From NCBI GenBank assembly GCA_963924565.1, contig OZ004613.1:10602001-10666000 (forward strand): a stretch of 64,000 bases of DNA, written 5' to 3'. Shown in pieces: positions 39,031-53,594 of the stretch. Each line of letters opens with the position of its first letter. Position 1 is the first letter of the stretch. The position numbers were made by a program, and so were the translations under genes. Under the pieces are notes generated by a model, which made no database searches, had not been told where the DNA came from, and was given only the letters and a program-made list of their open reading frames with translations. This stretch comes from Ascidiella aspersa. Its lineage: Eukaryota.

Positions 39031-40039
39031 CAACGAATGTTTAACTGCATCACTTCGAAATGTTTACACATTGATAATTGTTTTATGTCTTTAAGTCCGT
39101 CAGTCGTGTTGGTTTCATTTAGTGCATTGAGTGTAAATTCCTTTTCTTTTTCAAACAAAACAAAACAAAAATATTGATATTTTATCCACAATGATACCAG
39201 TTTTTATTTAGTTCATTATATCCCGAATACATTCTGTTGTTTTTGTTGAAGATAAAATTAGAATGATATTTCGTTATTCTTCCATCTTACTGCAAACAGC
39301 TGGGTATCCAAGACTGGCTATCTTATCAAAAGGATCAATTGCCTTTGGTTACACACTTTAGATTAAGTAGGAATTCGTGTGAATAGCTTTGGTTCACTTT
39401 GCGTTGCAACTACTCTCAAAAGATAAAACAATAATCAATCTGGCGAAGATTGAGTGTGTTATTACGATAAAGAAGAAATAATTTCAAACGACATTATGTA
39501 AATCACGAGATACAACAGAGATGGTTCACGACAAATTTTTTCCTCACACGTAACCATCGTCGATGTAAGTTGGACAACGACAAGCTACTTTTGGAAGACA
39601 TTTTATAAAGTATTATTTCTTAAGCTGTCGTTTTCAGATAAAATTGATAACTCTTTTAGAGACTGGTGAAAGTATATAATATACATTATGTGATCTACCA
39701 AATTTTGGTGAGATTTTAATATTCGTAAATGCACTGATACACTCGGAATTTTGTATGCAGTTTTTCTATTACCTGAAAAAATATTTTTTCCTTGCCCGAG
39801 TGCTTAACTTCCGATTAGTAGAATACGTGTGTGTAAGAATTCACTAGATAATGAAGTGTTTAACAACTAATTACACCAATCAATTGTTTTAATTCGCGTT
39901 TACCATTAGTTGTTGATTTGTACAGCCAGTTCCATAGCTTGAATGTATACTTAGATCAGTCGGCTCATCTAATGACGTCATTTAATAGGGCTGCGCGTCT
40001 GCGGCCACATTGATAGGCCCAATTTCGACTCGCTTTTTC

Positions 40040-40341
40040 GCCGGGCTCGTTGGTGTGGGCCTGTAATCCGAACGACTTCGGAGGCTAGAGTTGGAGGACG
40101 GCTTGAGAATGGGAGTTCTGCGGCGCATTGACCTATGTCGATCGGGCGTCCGCGCTAAGCTCGGCGTCAATATGGAGATCTTGGGGAAGCCTGAGATGTC
40201 CAGGTTGTCCAAGGAGGAACGAACCGGGCCAGGCCCGTAAGGGAGCAGCCAAAAGTTCCCACGTCGTTCAGTAGCGGGATAGCGCCTGTGAATAGGCAAG
40301 GTGTCGTAGCCCATTCAATACAGCACGACCCAATTCTTTTT
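40040..40341 (+). ncRNA. RN7SL: 7SL/SRP RNA copy 25 (GAAG)
   Basis: Same hallmarks as copy 3. Confidence 0.93.
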
Positions 40342-41367
40342 CAACGAATGTTTTACTGCATCAATCACTTGTAAATGTATACACATTGATAATTTTTTTA
40401 TGTATTTAAGTCCGTCAGTCGTGTTGGTTTCATTTAGAGCATTGAGTGTGAATTACTTTTATATTTCAAACAAAACAAAACAAAAATATTGATATTTTAT
40501 CCACAATGATACCACTTTTTAGTTAGTTTATTATATCCCGAATACATTCTGTTGTTTTTGTTGAAGATAAAATTTGAATGATATTTCGTTATCCTTCCAT
40601 CTTACTGCAAACAGCTGGGTATCCAAGACTGGCTATCTTATCAAAAGGATCAATTGCATTTGGTTACACACTTTAAATTAAGTAGGAATTCGTGTGAATT
40701 GCTTTGGTTCACTTTGCGTTGCAACTACTCACTAAAGATAAAACAATAATCAATCTGGCGAAGATTGGGTGTGTTGTTACGATAAGGCAGAAATAATTTC
40801 AAACGAGCATTATGTAAATCACGAGATACAACAGAGATGGTTCACGACAAAGTTTTTCCTCACACGTAACCATCGTCGATATATCAAAATGTAAGTTGGA
40901 CAACGACAAACCACTTTTGGAAGACATTTTATAATGTATCATTTCTTAAGCTGTCGTTTTCAATTAAAATTGATAACTGTTTTAGAGACTGGTGAAAGTA
41001 TATAATATACATTATGTATTGCACCAAATTTTGGTGTGATTTTAATATTCGTAAATGCACCGATACACTCGGAATTTTGTATGCAGTTTTTCTATTACCT
41101 GAAAAAAATTATTTTTTCCTTGCCCGAGTGCTTAACTTCTGATTAGTAGAACACGTGTGTGTTGCAATTCACTAGATAATGAAGTGTCTAACAACTAATT
41201 ACACCAATCAATTGTTTTAATTCGTTTTTACCATTAGTTGTTGATTTGTAAAGCCAGTTCCATAGCTTGAATGTATACTTAGATCAGTCGGCTCATCTAA
41301 TAACGTCATTTAATAGGGCTGCGCGTCTGCGGCCACATTGATAGGCCCAATTTCGACTCGCTTTTTC

Positions 41368-41669
41368 GCCGGGCTCGTTGGTGTGGGCCTGTAATCCAAA
41401 CGACTTCGGAGGCTAGAGTTGGAGGACGGCTTGAGAATGGGAGTTCTGCGGCGCATTGACCTATGTCGATCGGGCGTCCGCGCTAAGCTCGGCGTCAATA
41501 TGGAGATCTCGGGGGAGCCTGAGATGTCCAGGTTGTCCAAGGAGGAACGAACCGGGCCAGGCCCGTAAGGGAGCAGCCAAAAGTTCCCACGTCGTTCAGT
41601 AGCGGGATAGCGCCTGTGAATAGGCAAGGTGTCGTAGCCCATTCAATACAGCAGGACCCAATTCTTTTT
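41368..41669 (+). ncRNA. RN7SL: 7SL/SRP RNA copy 26 (GGAG)
   Basis: Same hallmarks as copy 3. Confidence 0.93.
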
Positions 41670-42694
41670 CAACGAATGTTTTACTGCATCAATCACTTGT
41701 AAATGTTTACACATTGATAATTTTTTTATGTCTTTAAGTCCGTCAGCCGTGTTGGTTTCATTTAGAGCATTGAGTGTAAATTACTTTTATTTTTCAAACA
41801 AAACAAAACAAAAATATTGATATTTTATCCACAATGATACCACTTTTTAGTTAGTTCATTATATACCGAATACATTCTGTTGTTTTTGTTGAAGATAAAA
41901 TTAGAATGATATTTCGTTATTCTTCCATCTTACTGCAAACAGCTGGGTATCCAAGACTGGCTATCTTATCAAAAGGATCAATTGCCTTTGGTTACACACT
42001 TTAGATTAAGTAGGAATTCGTGTGAATTGCTTTGGTTCACTTTGCGTTGCAACTACTCACTAAAGATAAAACAATAATCAATCTGGCGAAGATTGGGTGT
42101 GTTGTTACGATAAGGCAGAAATAATTTCAAACGAGCATTATGTAAATCACGAGATACAAAAGAGATGGTTCACGACAAAGTTTTTTCCTCACACGTAACC
42201 ATCGTCGATATATCAAAATGTAAGTTGGACAACGACAAACCACTTTTGGAAGACATTTTATAAAGTATTATTTCTTAAGCTGTCGTTTTCAGATAAAATT
42301 GATAACTCTTTTAGAGACTGGTGAAAGTATATAATATACATTATGTGATCTACCAAATTTTGGTGTGATTTTAATATTCGTAAATGCACTGATCCACTCG
42401 GAATTTTGTATGCAGTTTTTCTATTACCTGAAAAAATATTTTTTCCTTGCCCGAGTGCTTAACTTCCGATTAGTAGAATACATGTGTGTAAGAATTCACT
42501 AGATAATGAAGTGTTTAACAACTAATTACACCAATCAATTGTTTTAATTCGTGTTTACCATTAGTTGTTGATTTGTACAGCCAGTTCCATAGCTTGAATG
42601 TATACTTAGATCAGTCGGCTCATCTAATGACGTCATTTAATAGGGCTGCGCGTCTGCGGCCACATTGATAGGCCCAATTTCGACTCGCTTTTTC

Positions 42695-42996
42695 GCCGGG
42701 CTCGTTGGTGAGGGCCTGTAATCCGAACGACTTCGGAGGCTAGAGTTGGAGGACGGCTTGAGAATGGGAGTTCTGCGGCGCATTGACCTATGTCGATCGG
42801 GCGTCCGCGCTAAGCTCGGCGTCAATATGGAGATCTTTGGGAAGCCTGAGATGTCCAGGTTGTCCAAGGAGGAACGAACCGGGCCAGGCCCGTAAGGGAG
42901 CAGCCAAAAGTTCCCACGTCGTTCAGTAGCGGGATAGCGCCTGTGAATAGGCAAGGTGTCGTAGCCCATTCAATACAGCAGGACCCAATTCTTTTT
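42695..42996 (+). ncRNA. RN7SL: 7SL/SRP RNA copy 27 (GAAG)
   Basis: Same hallmarks as copy 3. Confidence 0.93.
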
Positions 42997-44023
42997 CAAC
43001 GAATGTTTTACTGCATCAATCACTTGTAAATGTATACACATTGATAATTTTTTTATGTATTTAAGTCCGTCAGCCGTGTTGGTTTCATTTAGAGCATTGA
43101 GTGTAAATTACTTTTATTTTTCAAACAAAACAAAACAAAAATATTGATATTTTATCCACAATGATACCACTTTTTAGTTAGTTCATTATATCCCGAATAC
43201 ATTCTGTTGTTTTTGTTGAAGGTAAAATTTGAATGATATTTCGTTATTCTTCCATCTTACTGCAAACAGCTGGGTATCCAAGACTGGCTATCTTATCAAA
43301 AGGATCAATTGCATTTGGTTACACACTTTAGATTAAGTAGGAATTCGTGTGAATTGCTTTGGTTCACTTTGCGTTGCAACTACTCACTAAAGATAAAACA
43401 ATAATCAATCTGGCGAAGATTGGGTGTGTTGTTACGATAAGGCAGAAATAATTTCAAACGAGCATTATGTAAATCACGAGATACAACAGAGATGGTTCAC
43501 GACAAAGTTTTTTCCTCACACGTAACCATCGTCGATATATCAAATTGTAAGTTGGACAACGACAAACCACTTTTGGAAGACATTTTATAATGTATTATTT
43601 CTTAAGCTGTCGTTTTCAATTAAAATTGATAATTGTTTCAGAGACTGGTGAAAGTATATAATATACATTATGTATTGCACCAAATTTTGGTGTGATTTTA
43701 ATATTCGTAAATGCACCGATACACTCGGAATTTTGTATGCAGTTTTTCTATTACCTGAAAAAAATTATTTTTTCCTTGCCCGAGTGCTTAACTTCTGATT
43801 AGTAGAATACGTGTGTGTTGCAATTCACTAGATAATGAAGTGTCTAACGACTAATTACACCAATCAATTGTTTTAATTCGTTTTTACCATTTGTTGTTGA
43901 TTTGTAAAGCCAGTTCCATAGCTTGAATGTATTCTTAGATCAGTCGGCTCATCTAATGACGTCATTTAATAGGGCTGCGCGTCTGCGGCTACATTGATAG
44001 GCCCAATTTCGACTCGCTTTTTC

Positions 44024-44325
44024 GCCGGGCTCGTTGGTGTGGGCCTGTAATCCAAACGACTTCGGAGGCTAGAGTTGGAGGACGGCTTGAGAATGGGAGT
44101 TCTGCGGCGCATTGACCTATGTCGATCGGGCGTCCGCGCTAAGCTCGGCGTCAATATGAAGATCTCGGGGGAGCCTGAGATGTCCAGGTTGTCCAAGGAG
44201 GAACGAACCGGGCCAGGCCCGTAAGGGAGCAGCCAAAAGTTCCCACGTCGTTCAGTAGCGGGATAGCGCCTGTGAATAGGCAAGGTGTCGTAGCCCATTC
44301 AATACAGCAGGACCCAATTCTTTTT
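44024..44325 (+). ncRNA. RN7SL: 7SL/SRP RNA copy 28 (GGAG)
   Basis: Same hallmarks as copy 3. Confidence 0.93.
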
Positions 44326-45350
44326 CAACGAATGTTTTACTGCATCAATCACTTGTAAATGTTTACACATTTATAATTTTTTTATGTCTTTAAGTCCGTC
44401 AGCCGTGTTGGTTTCATTTAGAGCATTGAGTGTAAATTACTTTTATTTTTCAAACAAAACAAAACAAAAATATTGATATTTTATCCACAATGATACCACT
44501 TTTTAGTTAGTTTATTATATCCCGAATACATTCTGTTGTTTTTGTTGAAGATAAAATTTGAATGATATTTCGTTATTCTTCCATCTTACTGCAAACAGCT
44601 GGGTATCCAAGACTGGCTATCTTATCAAAAGGATCAATTGCCTTTGGTTACACACTTTAGATTAAGTAGGAATTCGTGTGAATTGCTTTGGTTCACTTTG
44701 CGTTGCAACTACTCACTAAAGATAAAACAATAATCAATCTGGCGAAGATTGGGTGTGTTGTTACGATAAGGCAGAAATAATTTCAAACGAGCATTATGTA
44801 AATCACGAGATACAACAGAGATGGTTCACGACAAAGTTTTTTCCTCACACGTAACCATCGTCGATATATCAAAATGTAAGTTGGACAACGACAAACAACT
44901 TTTGGAAGACATTTTATAAAGTATTATTTCTTAAGCTGTCGTTTTCAGATAAAATTGATAACTCTTTTAGAGACTGGTGAAAGTATATAATATACATTAT
45001 GTGATCTACCAAATTTTGTTGTGATTTTAATATTCGTAAATGCACTGATCCACTCGGAATTTTGTATGCAGTTTTTCTATTACCTGAAAAAATATTTTTT
45101 CCTTGCCCGAGTGCTTAACTTCCGATTAGTAGAATACGTGTGTGTAAGAATTCACTAGATAATGAAGTTTTTAACAACTAATTACACCAATCAATTGTTT
45201 TAATTCGTGTTTGCCATTAGTTGTTGATTTGTACAGCCAGTTCCATAGCTTGAATGTATACTTAGATCAGTCGGCTCATCTAATGACGTCATTTAATAGG
45301 GCTGCGCGTCTGCGGCCACATTGATAGGCCCAATTTCGACTCGCTTTTTC

Positions 45351-45652
45351 GCCGGGCTCGTTGATGTGGGCCTGTAATCCGAACGACTTCGGAGGCTAGA
45401 GTTGGAGGACGGCTTGAGAATGGGAGTTCTGCGGCGCATTGACCTATGTCGATCGGGCGTCCGCGCTAAGCTCGGCGTCAATATGGAGATCTTTGGGAAG
45501 CCTGAGATGTCCAGGTTGTCCAAGGAGGAACGAACCGGGCCAGGCCCGTAAGGGAGCAGCCAAAAGTTCCCACGTCGTTCAGTAGCGGGATAGCGCCTGT
45601 GAATAGGCAAGGTGTCGTAGCCCATTCAATACAGCAGGACCCAATTCTTTTT
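45351..45652 (+). ncRNA. RN7SL: 7SL/SRP RNA copy 29 (GAAG)
   Basis: Same hallmarks as copy 3. Confidence 0.93.
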
Positions 45653-46679
45653 CAACGAATGTTTTACTGCATCAATCACTTGTAAATGTATACACATTGA
45701 TAATTTTTTTATGTATTTAAGTCCGTCAGCCGTGTTGGTTTCATTTAGAGCATTGAGTGTAAATTACTTTTATTTTTCAAACAAAACAAAACAAAAATAT
45801 TGATATTTTATCCACAATGATACCACTTTTTAGTTAGTTCATTATATCCCGAATACATTCTGTTGTTTTTGTTGAAGGTAAAATTTGAATGATATTTCGT
45901 TATTCTTCCATCTTACTGCAAACAGCTGGGTATCCAAGACTGGCTATCTTATCAAAAGGATCAATTGCATTTGGTTACACACTTTAGATTAAGTAGGAAT
46001 TCGTGTGAATTGCTTTGGTTCACTTTGCGTTGCAACTACTCACTAAAGATAAAACAATAATCAATCTGGCGAAGATTGGGTGTGTTGTTACGATAAGGCA
46101 GAAATAATTTCAAACGAGCATTATGTAAATCACGAGATACAACAGAGATGGTTCACGACAAAGTTTTTTCCTCACACGTAACCATCGTCGATATATCAAA
46201 TTGTAAGTTGGACAACGACAAACCACTTTTGGAAGACATTTTATAATGTATTATTTCTTAAGCTGTCGTTTTCAATTAAAATTGATAATTGTTTCAGAGA
46301 CTGGTGAAAGTATATAATATACATTATGTATTGCACCAAATTTTGGTGTGATTTTAATATTCGTAAATGCACCGATACACTCGGAATTTTGTATGCAGTT
46401 TTTCTATTACCTGAAAAAAATTATTTTTTCCTTGCCCGAGTGCTTAACTTCTGATTAGTAGAATACGTGTGTGTTGCAATTCACTAGATAATGAAGTGTC
46501 TAACGACTAATTACACCAATCAATTGTTTTAATTCGTTTTTACCATTTGTTGTTGATTTGTAAAGCCAGTTCCATAGCTTGAATGTATTCTTAGATCAGT
46601 CGGCTCATCTAATGACGTCATTTAATAGGGCTGCGCGTCTGCGGCTACATTGATAGGCCCAATTTCGACTCGCTTTTTC

Positions 46680-46981
46680 GCCGGGCTCGTTGGTGTGGGC
46701 CTGTAATCCAAACGACTTCGGAGGCTAGAGTTGGAGGACGGCTTGAGAATGGGAGTTCTGCGGCGCATTGACCTATGTCGATCGGGCGTCCGCGCTAAGC
46801 TCGGCGTCAATATGAAGATCTCGGGGGAGCCTGAGATGTCCAGGTTGTCCAAGGAGGAACGAACCGGGCCAGGCCCGTAAGGGAGCAGCCAAAAGTTCCC
46901 ACGTCGTTCAGTAGCGGGATAGCGCCTGTGAATAGGCAAGGTGTCGTAGCCCATTCAATACAGCAGGACCCAATTCTTTTT
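46680..46981 (+). ncRNA. RN7SL: 7SL/SRP RNA copy 30 (GGAG)
   Basis: Same hallmarks as copy 3. Confidence 0.93.
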
Positions 46982-48006
46982 CAACGAATGTTTTACTGCA
47001 TCAATCACTTGTAAATGTTTACACATTTATAATTTTTTTATGTCTTTAAGTCCGTCAGCCGTGTTGGTTTCATTTAGAGCATTGAGTGTAAATTACTTTT
47101 ATTTTTCAAACAAAACAAAACAAAAATATTGATATTTTATCCACAATGATACCACTTTTTAGTTAGTTTATTATATCCCGAATACATTCTGTTGTTTTTG
47201 TTGAAGATAAAATTTGAATGATATTTCGTTATTCTTCCATCTTACTGCAAACAGCTGGGTATCCAAGACTGGCTATCTTATCAAAAGGATCAATTGCCTT
47301 TGGTTACACACTTTAGATTAAGTAGGAATTCGTGTGAATTGCTTTGGTTCACTTTGCGTTGCAACTACTCACTAAAGATAAAACAATAATCAATCTGGCG
47401 AAGATTGGGTGTGTTGTTACGATAAGGCAGAAATAATTTCAAACGAGCATTATGTAAATCACGAGATACAACAGAGATGGTTCACGACAAAGTTTTTTCC
47501 TCACACGTAACCATCGTCGATATATCAAAATGTAAGTTGGACAACGACAAACAACTTTTGGAAGACATTTTATAAAGTATTATTTCTTAAGCTGTCGTTT
47601 TCAGATAAAATTGATAACTCTTTTAGAGACTGGTGAAAGTATATAATATACATTATGTGATCTACCAAATTTTGTTGTGATTTTAATATTCGTAAATGCA
47701 CTGATCCACTCGGAATTTTGTATGCAGTTTTTCTATTACCTGAAAAAATATTTTTTCCTTGCCCGAGTGCTTAACTTCCGATTAGTAGAATACGTGTGTG
47801 TAAGAATTCACTAGATAATGAAGTTTTTAACAACTAATTACACCAATCAATTGTTTTAATTCGTGTTTGCCATTAGTTGTTGATTTGTACAGCCAGTTCC
47901 ATAGCTTGAATGTATACTTAGATCAGTCGGCTCATCTAATGACGTCATTTAATAGGGCTGCGCGTCTGCGGCCACATTGATAGGCCCAATTTCGACTCGC
48001 TTTTTC

Positions 48007-48308
48007 GCCGGGCTCGTTGATGTGGGCCTGTAATCCGAACGACTTCGGAGGCTAGAGTTGGAGGACGGCTTGAGAATGGGAGTTCTGCGGCGCATTGACC
48101 TATGTCGATCGGGCGTCCGCGCTAAGCTCGGCGTCAATATGGAGATCTTGGGGAAGCCTGAGATGTCCAGGTTGTCCAAGGAGGAACGAACCGGGCCAGG
48201 CCCGTAAGGGAGCAGCCAAAAGTTCCCACGTCGTTCAGTAGCGGGATAGCGCATGTGAATAGGCAAGGTGTCGTAGCCCATTCAATACAGCAGGACCCAA
48301 TTCTTTTT
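48007..48308 (+). ncRNA. RN7SL: 7SL/SRP RNA copy 31 (GAAG)
   Basis: Same hallmarks as copy 3. Confidence 0.93.
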
Positions 48309-49333
48309 CAACGAATGTTTTACTGCATCAATCACTTGTAAATGTATACACATTGATAATTTTTTTATGTATTTAAGTCCGTCAGCCGTGTTGGTTTCAT
48401 TTAGAGCATTGAGTGTAAATTACTTTTATTTTTCAAACAAAACAAAACAAAAATATTGATATTTTATCCACAATGATACCACTTTTTAGTTAGTTCATTA
48501 TATCCCGAATACATTCTGTTGTTTTTGTTGAATGTAAAATTTGAATGATATTTCGTTATTCTTCCATCTTACTGCAAACAGCTGGGTATCCAAGACTGGC
48601 TATCTTATCAAAAGAATCAATTGCATGTGGTTACAAACTTTAGATTAAGTAGGAATTCGTGTGAATTGCTTTGGTTCACTTTGCGTTGCAACTACTCACT
48701 AAAGATAAAACAATAATCAATCTGGCGAAGATTGGGTGTGTCATTACGATAAAGCAGAAATAATTTCAAACGAGCATTATGTAAATCACGAGATACAAAC
48801 GAGATGGTTCACGACAAAGTTTTTCCTCACACGTAACCATCGTCGATATACCAAAATGTAAGTTGGACAACGACAAACCACTTTTGGAAGACATTTTATA
48901 ATGTATTATTTCTTAAGCTCTCGTTTTCAATTGAAATTGATATCTCTTTTAGAGACTGGTGAAAGTATATAATATACATTATGTGTTGCACCAAATTTTG
49001 GTGTAATTTTATTATTCGTAAATGCACCGATCCACTCGGAATTATGTATGCAGTTTTTCTATTACCTGAAACAATTTTTTTTTCCTTGCCCGAGTACTTG
49101 ACTTCCGATTAGCAGAATACGTGTGTGTAATAATTCACCAGATAATGAAGTGTTTAACAACTAATTACACCAATCAATTGTTTTAATTCGTGTTTACCAT
49201 TAGTTGTTGATTTGTACAGCCAGTTCCGTAGCTTGAAAGTATACTTAGATCAGTCGGCTCATCTAATGACGTCATTTAATAGGGCTGCGCGTCTGCGGCC
49301 ACATTGATAGGCCCAATTTCGACTCGCATTTTC

Positions 49334-49635
49334 GCCGGGCTCGTTGGTGTGGGCCTGTAATCCGAACGACTTCGGTGGCTAGAGTTGGAGGACGGCTTGA
49401 GAATGGGAGTTCTGCGGCGCATTGACCTATGTCGATCGGGCGTCCGCGCTAAGCTCGGCGTCAATATGGAGATCTCGGGGGAGCCTGAGATGTCCAGGTT
49501 GTCCAAGGAGGAACGAACCGGGCCAGGCCCGTAAGGGAGCAGCCAAAACTTCCCACGTCATTCAGTAGCGGGATAGCGCCTGTGAATAGGCAAGGTGTCG
49601 TAGCCCATTCAATACAGCAGGACCCAATTCTTTTT
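49334..49635 (+). ncRNA. RN7SL: 7SL/SRP RNA copy 32 (GGAG)
   Basis: Same hallmarks as copy 3. Confidence 0.93.
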
Positions 49636-50645
49636 CAACGAATGTTTAACTGCATCACTTCGAAATGTTTACACATTGATAATTGTTTTATGTCTTTAAG
49701 TCCGTCAGTCGTGTTGGTTTCATTTAGTGCATTGAGTGTAAATTCCTTTTCTTTTTCAAACAAAACAAAACAAAAATATTGATATTTTATCCACAATGAT
49801 ACCAGTTTTTATTTAGTTCATTATATACCGAATACATTCTGTTGTTTTTGTTGAAGATAAAATTAGAATGATATTTCGTTATTCTTCCATCTTACTGCAA
49901 ACAGCTGGGTATCCAAGACTGGCTATCTTATCAAAAGGATCAATTGCCTTTGGTTACACACTTTAGATTAAGTAGGAATTCGTGTGAATAGCTTTGGTTC
50001 ACTTTGCGTTGCAACTACTCTCAAAAGATAAAACAATAATCAATCTGGCGAAGATTGAGTGTGTTATTACGATAAAGAAGAAATAATTTCAAACGACATT
50101 ATGTAAATCACGAGATACAACAGAGATGGTTCACGACAAATTTTTTCCTCACACGTAACCAACGTCCATGTAAGTTGGACAACGACAAGCTACTTTTGGA
50201 AGACATTTTATAATGTATTATTTCTTAAGCTGTCGTTTTCAATTGAAATTGATAACTGCTTTAGAGACTGGTGAAAGTATATAACATACATTATGTGTTG
50301 TACCAAATTTTGGTGTGATTTTAATATTCGTAAATGCACCGATCCACTCGGAATTTTGTATGCAGTTTTTCTATTACCTGAAAAAGTTATTTTTTTCTTG
50401 CCAGAGTGCTTAACTTCTGATTAGTAGAACACGTGTGTGTTGCAATTCACTAGATAATGAAGTGTCTAACAACTAATTACACCAATCAATTGTTTTAATT
50501 CGTGTTTACCATTAGTTGTTGATTTGTACAGCCAGTTCCGTAGCTTGAAAGTATATGTTGATCAATCGGCTCATCTAATGACGTCATTTAATAGGGCTGC
50601 GCGTCTGCGGCCACATTGATAGGCCCAATTTCGACTCGCTTTTTC

Positions 50646-50947
50646 GCCGGGCTCGTTGGTGTGGGCCTGTAATCCGAACGACTTCGGAGGCTAGAGTTGG
50701 AGGACGGCTTGAGAATGGGAGTTCTGCGGCGCATTGACCTATGTCGATCGGGCGTCCGCGCTAAGCTCGGCGTCAATATGGAGATCTCGGGGGAGCCTGA
50801 GATGTCCAGGTTGTCCAAGGAGGAACGAACCGGGCCAGGCCCGTAAGGGAGCAGCCAAAAGTTCCCACGTCGTTCAGTAGCGGGATAGCGCCTGTGAATA
50901 GGCAAGGTGTCGTAGCCCATTCAATACAGCAGGACCCAATTCTTTTT
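50646..50947 (+). ncRNA. RN7SL: 7SL/SRP RNA copy 33 (GGAG)
   Basis: Same hallmarks as copy 3. Confidence 0.93.
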
Positions 50948-51964
50948 CAACGAATGTTTAACTGCATCACTTCGAAATGTTTACACATTGATAATTTTTT
51001 TATGTCTTTAAGTCCGTCAGCCGTGTTGGTTTCATTTAGAGCATTGAGTGTAAATTACTTTTATTTTTCAAACAAAACAAAACAAAAATATTGATATTTT
51101 ATCCACAATGATACCACTTTTTAGTTTATTATATCCCGAATACATTCTGTTGTTTTTGTTGAAGATAAAATTTGAATGATATTTCGTTATTCTTCCATCT
51201 TACTGCAAACAGCTGGGTATCCAAGACTGGCTATCTTATCAAAAGGATCAATTGCCTTTGGTTACACACTTTAGATTAAGTAGGAATTCGTGTTAATTGC
51301 TTTGGTTCACTTTGCGTTGCAACTACTCACTAAAGATAAAACAATAATCAATCTGGCGAAGATTGGGTGTGTTGTTACGATAAGGCAGAAATAATTTCAA
51401 ACGAGCATTATGTAAATCACGAGATACAACAGAGATGGTTCACGACAAAGTTTTTTCCTCACACGTAACCATCGTCGATATATCAAAATGTAATTTGGAC
51501 AACGACAAACCACTTTTGGAAGACATTTTATAAAGTATTATTTCTTAAGCTGTCGTTTTCAGATAAAATTGATAACTCTTTTAGAGACTGGTGAAAGTAT
51601 ATAATATACATTATGTGATCTACCAAATTTTGGTGAGATTTTAATATTCGTAAATGCACTGATACACTCGGAATTTTGTATGCAGTTTTTCTATTACCTG
51701 AAAAAATATTTTTTCCTTGCCCGAGTGCTTAACTTCCGATTAGTAGAATACGTGTGTGTAAGAATTCAATAGATAATGAAGTGTTTAACAACTAATTACA
51801 CCAATCAATTGTTTTAATTCGCGTTTACCATTAGTTGTTGATTTGTACAGCCAGTTCCATAGCTTGAATGTATACTTAGATCAGTCGGCTCATCTAATGA
51901 CGTCATTTAATAGGGCTGCGCGTCTGCGGCCACATTGATAGGCCCAATTTCGACTCGCTTTTTC

Positions 51965-52266
51965 GCCGGGCTCGTTGGTGTGGGCCTGTAATCCGAACGA
52001 CTTCGGAGGCTAGAGTTGGAGGACGGCTTGAGAATGGGAGTTCTGCGGCGCATTGACCTATGTCGATCGGGCGTCCGCGCTAAGCTCGGCGTCAATATGG
52101 AGATCTTGGGGAAGCCTGAGATGTCCAGGTTGTCCAAGGAGGAACGAACCGGGCCAGGCCCGTAAGGGAGCAGCCAAAAGTTCCCACGTCGTTCAGTAGC
52201 GGGATAGCGCCTGTGAATAGGCAAGGTGTCGTAGCCCATTCAATACAGCACGACCCAATTCTTTTT
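51965..52266 (+). ncRNA. RN7SL: 7SL/SRP RNA copy 34 (GAAG)
   Basis: Same hallmarks as copy 3. Confidence 0.93.
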
Positions 52267-53292
52267 CAACGAATGTTTTACTGCATCAATCACTTGTAAA
52301 TGTATACACATTGATAATTTTTTTATGTATTTAAGTCCGTCAGTCGTGTTGGTTTCATTTAGAGCATTGAGTGTGAATTACTTTTATATTTCAAACAAAA
52401 CAAAACAAAAATATTGATATTTTATCCACAATGATACCACTTTTTAGTTAGTTTATTATATCCCGAATACATTCTGTTGTTTTTGTTGAAGATAAAATTT
52501 GAATGATATTTCGTTATCCTTCCATCTTACTGCAAACAGCTGGGTATCCAAGACTGGCTATCTTATCAAAAGGATCAATTGCATTTGGTTACACACTTTA
52601 AATTAAGTAGGAATTCGTGTGAATTGCTTTGGTTCACTTTGCGTTGCAACTACTCACTAAAGATAAAACAATAATCAATCTGGCGAAGATTGGGTGTGTT
52701 GTTACGATAAGGCAGAAATAATTTCAAACGAGCATTATGTAAATCACGAGATACAACAGAGATGGTTCACGACAAAGTTTTTCCTCACACGTAACCATCG
52801 TCGATATATCAAAATGTAAGTTGGACAACGACAAACCACTTTTGGAAGACATTTTATAATGTATCATTTCTTAAGCTGTCGTTTTCAATTAAAATTGATA
52901 ACTGTTTTAGAGACTGGTGAAAGTATATAATATACATTATGTATTGCACCAAATTTTGGTGTGATTTTAATATTCGTAAATGCACCGATACACTCGGAAT
53001 TTTGTATGCAGTTTTTCTATTACCTGAAAAAAATTATTTTTTCCTTGCCCGAGTGCTTAACTTCTGATTAGTAGAACACGTGTGTGTTGCAATTCACTAG
53101 ATAATGAAGTGTCTAACAACTAATTACACCAATCAATTGTTTTAATTCGTTTTTACCATTAGTTGTTGATTTGTAAAGCCAGTTCCATAGCTTGAATGTA
53201 TACTTAGATCAGTCGGCTCATCTAATGACGTCATTTAATAGGGCTGCGCGTCTGCGGCCACATTGATAGGCCCAATTTCGACTCGCTTTTTC

Positions 53293-53594
53293 GCCGGGCT
53301 CGTTGGTGTGGGCCTGTAATCCAAACGACTTCGGAGGCTAGAGTTGGAGGACGGCTTGAGAATGGGAGTTCTGCGGCGCATTGACCTATGTCGATCGGGC
53401 GTCCGCGCTAAGCTCGGCGTCAATATGGAGATCTCGGGGGAGCCTGAGATGTCCAGGTTGTCCAAGGAGGAACGAACCGGGCCAGGCCCGTAAGGGAGCA
53501 GCCAAAAGTTCCCACGTCGTTCAGTAGCGGGATAGCGCCTGTGAATAGGCAAGGTGTCGTAGCCCATTCAATACAGCAGGACCCAATTCTTTTT
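53293..53594 (+). ncRNA. RN7SL: 7SL/SRP RNA copy 35 (GGAG)
   Basis: Same hallmarks as copy 3. Confidence 0.93.
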